Shown in pieces: positions 11,747 through 20,000 of a stretch of 20,000 bases of DNA (the first letter of the stretch is position 1; each line of letters starts with the position of its first letter). Origin of the DNA: Toensbergia leucococca (Eukaryota); the NCBI GenBank assembly GCA_022813965.1, contig JALDZS010000049.1, positions 115,854-135,853 of the forward strand. Direction: 5' to 3'. The notes under the pieces are model-generated. The model saw only the letters and a list, made by a program, of their open reading frames with translations. It did no database searches and had not been told where the DNA came from. The position numbers and the translations under genes were made by a program.

Positions 11747-11947
11747 ATGTGCTACGCGGAGCTTCAAATATTCACTTGCGGCCACAATGATACGGCTCAC
11801 TATTCTTGTAACAAATTGCACTGTGATAGATGCACGTTTTTGGAGGTGAGTGATTGGGATTTGTGCGAAGGGTGTGAGGGCTTTGAAGAAGAGGAAGAGG
11901 GGAGCGGAGAGAGGGAGATAATTTTGAGGGCTGTGATAGAGGGATAG
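11747..11947 (+). CDS. Candidate small Cys/His-rich (putative zinc-binding) protein, 66 aa
   Basis: MCYAELQIFTCGH...C...HCDRC...CEGC followed by an acidic tail. This matches the MC-x8-CGH...CxxC pattern I recall from many small uncharacterised fungal proteins. Short, so uncertain. Confidence 0.5.
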   Translation: MCYAELQIFTCGHNDTAHYSCNKLHCDRCTFLEVSDWDLCEGCEGFEEEEEGSGEREIILRAVIEG

Positions 11948-12513
11948 AGAGAAGAGATGAGTCGGTTGATGCTTTTCATCGCGTTTTTTGGATTGCTGTT
12001 TTTAGGGCCGAACTTCCGAAAGAGAGAGAGAAAGAGAGAAACGATGAGGAAATTGAAATTATACCTCGAGATTTTGTAACAGGACTACGAAAAGGTGTCG
12101 CTTGGAGAAGAACAAAAGCGCAACAAGGGCTCTAAAGTGACAATCCGCGAAAATTGTTCAGTAACAGAAAGTCGTAAGCAAGCTCTAAAGAATGGAGAAT
12201 TTGGTGAAATCAAGAATTGGTGTAAATAGACGGTGGCGTGGAGGTCCCTAGGTTCATGTTTCTCCGCCGCGTTACTGATCTTGCTTTGATCCCTTGGATT
12301 CTTTAGCATATGGTTCAATAGCTAGGTGGGGCGATGGGGTGGAAAATTCATGTTGAAATGCAATATGAAACCGTAATGTTCCCCTAGATTGTATATTGCT
12401 TCTGCATGGCCTGTGTTCGCGGAATGATAGGGCTGGCGATAGAGGTGAAGAAATCGAGTCAAAACATGGTACAAAGTCACAATATCCCTCTATTCTATGC
12501 GACATTGAGGGGT

Positions 12514-12649
12514 GAATTCGTGGATTCGTGGATCCGGTGGAATTCGAATTCGTGGATTAGGGTGATTAGTCATGGATCGTGGATTAGTCAGCATTCACTT
12601 ATATCCACAGCTACTGCACTTGGGAAATCTTAGTTAGTTAGCCACGAAT
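12514..12649. repeat. Cluster of short degenerate repeats (TCGTGGAT x4, GATTAGTCA x2) with an 8-bp inverted copy
   Basis: TCGTGGAT at 12518, 12526, 12550 and 12577. TTAGTCA at 12566 and 12584. ATTCGTGG (12516-12523) is inverted by CCACGAAT (12642-12649). Confidence 0.65.
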
Positions 12650-12825
12650 ACAACACAATTAAGACTTTATCCAGTAGTATTGTTGTTGGGTCTTTCAACA
12701 TTGTCGTTTTCCTTGGCATTATCATGTGGATTCTGGAAGTGGTCGTCTTATAGTTCGATTCATTTCTACCTCTGACGAGAAGTCTCTTCAAAAGACCTTG
12801 TCACGATACTTAAGTTGTGCTGGAC

Positions 12826-12835
12826 ATGACGTCAT
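12826..12835. promoter_or_regulatory. Perfect palindromic CRE (ATF/CREB-type bZIP site) ATGACGTCAT
   Basis: Exact 10-bp palindrome about 940 bp upstream of the 13776 ATG. The motif is seen directly; function is unproven. Confidence 0.35.
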
Positions 12836-13775
12836 CGGTTCACAATCAAAAATCCGAAATTAGCACTCGCAACCGCACCTCCGCACGAATAGAATGAGAT
12901 GTTTGTTGCCACAGCACACCCACGAGCCAAACCCGGCAACTACCCAAAAACATCTTAGTCCTAAGTCTGAGCAATCGGCATTTCGATTTCGGTATCTCGC
13001 ATCAATCAGGAGCACGTAAGGTACCTGTGAACACAATACGTTGCATGCAGGCGTGATTCTGAGCCCCCTCAGCAAAGAGGGTGGGAGGCTTCTTTACTTT
13101 ATCGTTTGGCTCTAAAGCTACCTATCATCATCGAAATTGAGTGCTGCTATTATTTTAACAGTGCACTTGGGTTTTACTCAAAATTGAGGTACACTACGAG
13201 TACTGCGAGCCTTGGTACGATGTTGCAGGACAGGATCGACAGCTTTCCTCGAGCGAAAGCTTTCGCCTTGTTAGCTACTTATCATGTTGGAGGGATTGAA
13301 GAGCGCCGTCAGCTGGCGTCCTGGATTTCGGAACGTTCGAGGATGTGGAAGGCAGGGGTTTGTATGGAAAACTGAGAATGTGGCTTTCGGACAGCCTCGC
13401 GACACGCCGAACACTGATACCTTACGTGCGGTTTCCCAGGCATTTTGTCCGATATCACCAACGAAAGCCCCTTTTTAGGCATGTGCTGACGGTAACGCCC
13501 GTTGCAATGTTGTGATTCGTTGTGCTTATCTCCATGTTGTGAGATTCCAAGCGCAAGGCTGACATTTCGAACGGGTCCCTCCAAAACAGTCCTCTCTTTT
13601 TGCTTATTCAGTTCTGAAATACCTCGAGTGGGAAAATACTGTCTCTTTCTACCCTAACGTTCATCACGCTGCCGTGCTGATGGATGACCTGCATTGAAGA
13701 GATACGGAGTTTTTGTCTATCTTCAAAGTTTTCACCTGACCCAGTCCTCGAATACGGTGACAAGAGGAGCTGAAA

Positions 13776-16700
13776 ATGGCCGCATACATGGAATGGTCGT
13801 ATTCGTAAGCTAAGAGAGCTATCTCGCCTTCATTCTTTTCTAATTGCAAAAACGTACTTTTGACCCAAGTGGATTTGTAGGCTGATCGTCCGTCAGCAAA
13901 AGTAGTACCCAATCACTCAACGAGCGTCTGATCAATGGTTTCGCCGACATTCAGATTTCATACGACAATCAGGGTCTGAGTGGACTCTCTCTCAATCCAT
14001 TCACAAACCTTACTCTAGAAAAAGCTCCGCCGCCGAATGCTTGTCAGAAATGTACTGGGTCTCAATCACAAGTCTCACGCTGTGTGCGATGCAAAAGCAA
14101 CTGGTGTTCAGATTGCTGGGACCTAGTCGATTCACACAAAACGATCATGTTTGATGGTGAGGCACCTCACGAAAAAACCCAACCTGAACTCGCAGATGCA
14201 GTACGCAACATCCTTCGACCTCCAGCAAGATCTCAGGAAGAACACGAAAGAATGCATGCAAATGACGTAAACAATGTGTGGTTCGGTGTCACCAAAGACA
14301 GCGCTGGCGAGTGTATATTTGAAGAAGGGCCAATATACGAAGATTTGACGCGTGAGAGGTTGTCCACAGGATCTAGTGGAATCTTCCCTGGACTGATATC
14401 TTTCGTTGGGGGTACAGGTCAGACAAGTGCTGTGGTCACGTAAGCGACTTTATTCCCACTGATACAGGCTTTAGGCGCTGGAAAAAGTGCCTTGATAAAT
14501 TTGCTAATTGAAGTGAGTTTCTCTTTAAAACCCAAGTAATTGACATCACCGTTTACTCACTCCGAGTCATCCAAAGCTTCAACCGAGTAAAGGACAGCAG
14601 TTTCAATGTACTCCTGTTGTTGGCTCTGTTGAGACCGACAATACGCCTACTTCCGCCAATGTCCATCTCTACTTGGATCCACAAACTTCCAGAGAGCAGA
14701 CTCCCATGCTCTATGTAGACTGTGAAGGGCTTGACGCCGGGGAGCAAGACCCAATGAGTGTGATGTGTGGTTCTGCTCGAAGTATTACTGCTGCGAATGG
14801 AATAACCACTGCACCTGATATAAGGATTCATCGTTATCTGAGAGAGCTCGATGGATTCTTTCGAAGACGAATCACGTGGGCCAACAGCCCTGAAAAGCAG
14901 ACTCGGGATTTCATGGTAACCAGCCTCTATCCCCGTATTTTATACACATTCTCAGATGTTGTGGTTTTTGTGCTGGAGAACCCCAAGTAAGAAGTTCCTG
15001 TCCCATTCTCCAAGCCACAAATTTGATGTATTGTGTGATTTAGAAAGTTTGAGAAGGTTGTTAAAAGGTTAGTAGACTGGGCTCATGAGGTCATGGAGAA
15101 ATCTTGCAATCAATCCGTGCTTCCACACGCCGTTATTGTCCTCAACAAAAGCTCCTACACCAACCAAGATGAACGCTGGGATGTCGAAAAGGCTACAGAG
15201 CAGCTTACAGAGTCTATCAAGGATGTGATCAACAAGAACCCGGCCTTGAAAGCTCGTGCAGAGTTTTGGAAAACCCGGGGAAAGTCCATCACCGATGTAA
15301 AGTCGCTTTTGATGTGTTACTACGCCAGCTTCAAAGTTGTTCGAATTCCAGAGCAAGGCTCTCCGAATCTGTTGAAGCAACAGATCGAGAGACTTTATGA
15401 CGTTGTGTCTCAAGCATGCAAAGCATCACAAAAGCGAAGAGAAGAGTCACGCAGAAGGCTGGACGCCGAGACCCTCTTACTTTTCCTGCGCAATGCTTTC
15501 GCTCACTTCGCCACTCATCTCGAGAAGCCTTTTAATTTCGTGCAGGCCTCGTTCGAGATAGATCCTGCTTCAGAGGACTCCAACTTTGGAGAAGGTATCC
15601 TACAGCTAGCTGTAACTCTGCAAAAAATTCTTGTTGCGGATGTCCTCAGTTCATGGGAACGGATGAGCGAGTTGGTGGCTTCCTGTATCATGCTAGATGC
15701 GACTCGGAGGCCACTACCCCGTAATTTTCTCTTTCACAGTGCGTCTTGAATATGACTGATATGAGCAGGGAGCACGGAAGACATTTTCGATCAGTATTGG
15801 CCTCAGTGCGAGTCTGCCACGGCCAAGTTCTTTGAAGCGCATTGGCCTTGCAAGTATGCAGGTACGGAGCGTCAGAGCTCACCTTTTGGTCGTTGCGTCA
15901 ATGTTCACAACGCGCATGCCAAGGGCCACCAAAATGAGCACGGTGAAATACAGGATGGGAACCATGAACCATATTGCACATTGAAGGAGCTACAGAAACG
16001 CTTTCGTGATACAGTTCACTATCAGCTTTCGAAGTTCATGGGCCAGATCAGCACTATGCAGGACACCGCCGAAGACATATCACACGCCTTCAAGATCCAC
16101 CAAGAAATTCTGACTGCTTTTTACTCTTTACATAACCCAGATTCCTTTCTTAGCCATACGATTTGTTTTTCCTGCTTGATGGAACCTGCCGTGCACTCAC
16201 TACCTTGCGGCCATATAATATGCAGTCATTGTGTGCGAGCTTCTGGGATAGCTTTGGGATACAGTTTTATAGAGCTGAAACGGTGTCCCTTGTTACAGCA
16301 TAATGAGAAGTCTTGGGTTGTTCCATGGCGTACCACTATCAAACCTGCTCAAGCAGGGGTGCGCATAATGACATTAGATGGGTAAGTTCATATACTTCTA
16401 GAGATGAGCCCGAGATTAATTACTCAACTGGTAGAGGTGGAATCCGCGGCATTGTGGAATTAGAGATACTCAGACAGGTCCAAGAGGCTACTGGCGGGAA
16501 GATTCCGATACAAGCGTTCTTCGACCTCATTGTTGGGACAAGGCAAGCAGTACTTTCAGACATGGTAGTATAGACCCACAACCGCTGATGAATCCATATG
16601 TAGCACCGGGGGGATTATTGCTTTGGGCCTTGGTGTCCAACAGTGGACTGTCAAAGACTGCACCAAAACTTTCACCGAGTTCTCAAAACAAGCCTTTAGC

Positions 16701-18397
16701 CCTCACTCTTTAGCAACGGTACCGTTGGTGGGAAATCTTGTGATTGCGAGGAACCAAGGCAAATATCAGACAAAGCCAATTGAAGATGCGCTAAGAAAAG
16801 CGTTCCTAGAAGAAAGTCTCTTTGGAGGGCACTTTGTAACAAAGGGCATACCTATCAAGGTCGCTGTTGTTACGACAACTTTGAACGGCCAAGTGTCACT
16901 TCTATCTAACTACAATCGTCCTTCGCAAGAAAAGCGTAAGTACTTACCCTCCAATGCCATCTACGTCTATACTTTCAAGATATGACATGCTCACCGGTCG
17001 CCAAGTTCTCTATTTTTTCCATCGAGCCGTAAGTCCTCAACTCGAATTAAAAACCTGGGAAGCGTACGTGTTGTGGAAGGTCTATGGTGCAGTTGAGCTG
17101 ACTTCACTCAGAGCTCGAGCCACGTCTGCTGCACCTACATATTTCTCAGCATTCAAGCATGATTCGTCAAACCAGGTCTATCTAGACGGTGGAATCTATC
17201 ACAATAATCCCATCAAGCTCGCTGACGCAGAACGGAAGGCGATCTGGTCCGAGGACAAAGACACTCACCCTGATATCTTTCTCTCCATTGGGACGGGGTT
17301 CGGTCAGAAGGAAATTGCAGCACAGTACAACCATCCCGCGGTTCTGAGCCGTGGGATGCTAGGATACTTCAAGACTATGTATAGTATTGCGAGCGACCAT
17401 ATCGCTACCGGCCTAGGTTGCGAGCGAGCCTGGAAAGAATGGATCGAGACTAAAGAGCCACATTCCAAGTATCGTACTAGATATCACAGACTCAACGTTC
17501 CACTGGACTTTGAGCCCGAGATGGACAATGTCGAGGACTTGGAAAAGTACCGTGATCTAGCTAGGAAGGAAATGGTCCGTCAGAAGGGATCTGTTCTCAA
17601 CATAGCAGATCTATTGATCGCTTCCTGTTTCTTTTTCCGTTTTGCCAAGGAAGATCTCGTGCAAGATAGGGGTGGCAGATTGAGCTGCAAAGGTAGAACA
17701 GTCCCCAGTCTTCTGGTTATCAATGGCTTACCGCTGCTAGGTACTATCGAATGCCGCTTCCTTCCTGGGGACAGCAACACCAAGCTATTAGGTGAGCACT
17801 TGAGCGATTTAGCTCGGCAAGCAGCTAGGGTTGGAGGGCTTTACTTCATTGTCAAGGAGACCCACGAGAAGCTTAGGCCAAGTAATCCGCGTGTCATCGA
17901 AGAGAACGTCCTCGAGCGCATGACCAAATCTGGCATATTCGATATAGGACCAATAAAAGTCATGATATCAAGCGAGCCTGCAGAAACAGAGATCTTGATA
18001 TGCTTGGGAAGAAACTCGGATCGATTGACCCCTATTAGCGGATTTCCGAGGCAATTGCATAAAGATTATCCAGGTACCCGAGCCCCCCCTCCAGCCATCT
18101 TCTACAAGAACTGATCTCACACAACATCAAGGCACTTTCTTCAAGAAAAAAGCTCATTCTCAAGGTGCGACTCCAAAATCTAAGAGAGATGTCATCGTTA
18201 CATCCTGGACGCGGGTATTAGAACATACTATACCCCGGCGTCGACACGACTCATTGTCAGACAACCCAGTGAGGGTTGAGGAAGACAAAGACAAGTTCGA
18301 GGCACTAGTACCCGTTCCCTCTCGTCGTTCCCCCACTACCACATCAGCCACATCAGTTGTTTCCTCCTCGTATGATAGACGAAATCATACTCGGTGA
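13776..18397 (+). CDS. Multidomain protein of about 1321 aa: B-box-like Zn finger + GBP/atlastin-like P-loop GTPase + RING finger + patatin-like phospholipase (12 exons)
   Basis: Hand-spliced exons: 13776-13804, 13897-14417, 14475-14512, 14577-14986, 15044-15720, 15769-16381, 16435-16542, 16604-16935, 17006-17063, 17112-17692, 17741-18073, 18132-18397. These total 3966 nt with all phases compatible; introns are 48-92 nt. Splicing restores GGTGAGKS (P-loop), DGGGIRG (oxyanion loop), GTSTG (nucleophile) and WEAARATSAAPTYF. DCEG, YLDGG and the RING motif CFSC-x10-CGH-x2-CSHC-x17-CPL lie within exons. The first and last exons are the least certain; without the last splice the ORF ends at 18114. 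Confidence 0.88.
16543..16603 (+). other. Non-canonical GC-AG intron (61 nt) within the patatin catalytic Ser codon
   Basis: AG|GCAAGC donor, GCTGAT branch at 16584, TAG|C acceptor. The join gives GGG ACA AG^C ACC GGG = GTSTG. Confidence 0.85.
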
Positions 18398-19331
18398 CAT
18401 ATTCCACTCAATGTTTTATGTGCAATTGCAGTCAGAATTTTGATCCACAAAGGATGCATTAATATATAACGGTATTACTGCCATTAATTTTGAATTTGAT
18501 TGTATTTAGATTTTATGCATGACCATTCAATGACCTTGACCTAATGACAGCGTTTTGTGTCTGCGGATATACAAGTAGATGCTGACGGCAGATTAAATGC
18601 TGGCAGAAAAGAGAATTTTATCTCCGTGATTGTATGGCTCGAGAATTTCAGGATGGTTTACCTTGTCAACAGTTGAGATGAGCATCCTTCTACTCATCTC
18701 ATATCTGACACGTCCAACCGCCTCATGAGACGCCGTAGAATGAACCAGGATGGTAGGGATTGCGCAGAAAAGAATGCTGATTGAAAATGTTGTGCCCCGT
18801 TCAATGCACGTGCAAGTGGCGACCCTTGTCACTGGCCCCGTTCGCCCATCTATTTAGCTTAAACCATGGCCTAAGCTACTACCTACCCGCACGCCTTCAT
18901 CAGTGAAAGCCATCATTATTTTCGCCATCAGACCTCGATCCTAGGTATCGGTCACCGACATCCCGGGGAACTTCCTCAGCCGTCAGATGCGAAATTCAGA
19001 TTCAAGCCAGTCCCGGGGGGGGGCACCTTCGTTTTGGGGAAGGAGATCACTTTGTTTTGAGACTTTGGACTTTATTGGATCAGGTTTTTTTTTTTTTGCA
19101 AAAGTTGGGTTTTTGGGGAACGGTTACGTTACGTTTCCTCGGTTGGGGGCGAGTTAGTTGATATTGATTTTATTATAATTATGTAGGACGCAAGCGGGGC
19201 TTTTGTGATGTTTCTGGTTTTTTTTTTTTGGGTAGAGCTGGCTTTTTTTGTGGTGGGGAATTTTGGGCCCTTTTGGTTGGTTTTTTTCTGCGTGAAGGGT
19301 TTTTTTGTCGTGAGGCATAGGTAGAGGAGTA

Positions 19332-19352
19332 AGGTAGGTAGGTAGGTAGGTA
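19332..19352. repeat. (AGGT)5 microsatellite at the end of a homopolymer-rich low-complexity tract
   Basis: Read directly: aggtaggtaggtaggtaggta. Confidence 0.85.
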
Positions 19353-19902
19353 CTGAAATCGTGGGGGTGCTTGCCCACGCTTATGTCATGTGGAGTGCGG
19401 TTTGAGAGAATGATCAGGTATAGGCTTTGAAGCTTGAAGTAGGGACAAGTAAGAAGCGTAGTGGTGATTGGACATGGATTTAAAGGACGAAGCTTGAGAT
19501 GACTCAACAGAAGCTAGAAGTGGATACATGGCAGGAGCTGAAAAGCTGAGAGCTAGCAAGACTGGTACTACCTTATGGAGGCATGGAATCCTGTTCAATA
19601 GAAAGTTAAGCTTTGCAAGCAACGACCAGGTTGGTTCAAGATGACTAGACTAGACCTCACTCAACATGAAATTGTTTTTACCGCGATGAAAGATGCAAAT
19701 GTGAAGATTTAGAGACATTCACTGCATCGACTGAGGAAAGTGAAAATTCACCTCGTCCCATAAACTTACCGTCCATTGAGTCTGAACCGTATCTCGCTCT
19801 CGCAATCCTCAGCACCAATCGCTCGTTTCTCTGCATCACTATCTCAATCCATTCTACCTCTCATCTCCACACAGCAATCCACGCATCGTGACCTTCGCAA
19901 CC

Positions 19903-20000
19903 ATGGATCCCCTCTCCACATCACAGTCGGACCTGCCGGCCCCTCTTCCTCAGAAGCCTAGCTTCAATTGCCCCAAATACCCCAACATCGACCAAGCACT
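19903..20000 (+). CDS. Probable 5' end of the next gene (MDPLSTSQSDLPAPLPQKPSFNCPKYPNIDQA...), runs off the right edge
   Basis: Strong start context caaccATGG, a preceding C/T-rich 5'UTR-like tract (about 19790-19900), and an open frame to the window end. Too short to identify. Confidence 0.5.
   Translation, partial: MDPLSTSQSDLPAPLPQKPSFNCPKYPNIDQA

Noticed and set aside
12514..12590. Possible CRISPR-like or telomeric array
   Set aside because: Units are 8 bp with no unique spacers, the context is eukaryotic, and there is only one TTAGGG.
12860..13700. ORFs upstream of the patatin gene as possible additional exons
   Set aside because: The ATG at 13776 (aaaATGG) with a GTAAGC donor already gives an in-phase first exon, and the upstream ORFs lack motifs. 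An extra upstream exon is not strictly excluded.
14393..15350. Interpretation as a canonical fungal NLR (NACHT/NB-ARC + patatin)
   Set aside because: The motif after the P-loop is DCEG (GTPase G3), not hhhhDD/DE Walker B. The patatin is C-terminal, and no TPR/WD/ANK repeats are present.
19154..19961. ORFs 19154-19507, 19386-19622 and 19776-19961
   Set aside because: The first derives from low-complexity homopolymer sequence. The other two have TTG starts and no motifs, and the ATG at 19903 in another frame is the better gene start.

Overview
Eukaryotic DNA from a filamentous ascomycete (Pezizomycotina-type short introns with CTRAC/CTGAT branch sites). The left 7.4 kb is a compact housekeeping cluster: the 5' part of MLP1/TPR (minus strand, runs off the left edge), divergent TFA2 (TFIIE beta) and convergent COQ3. 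The next ~6 kb is gene-poor, holding one 233-aa orphan ORF (TATA box, RVxF motif, duplicated C-terminal motif), a 66-aa Cys/His-rich microprotein candidate and a short-repeat/bZIP-site cluster. The most interesting element is a hand-reconstructed 12-exon gene (13776-18397, +, about 1321 aa) that the ORF track shows only as fragments. It fuses a B-box-like zinc finger, a GBP/atlastin/Sey1-like P-loop GTPase, a Cys/His motif, a RING finger and an intact patatin phospholipase. This resembles a single-polypeptide defence or membrane-attack module, but the function is inference. The catalytic Ser codon is split by a non-canonical GC-AG intron. A probable new gene starts at 19903. All exon and domain calls are by eye; no searches were run.
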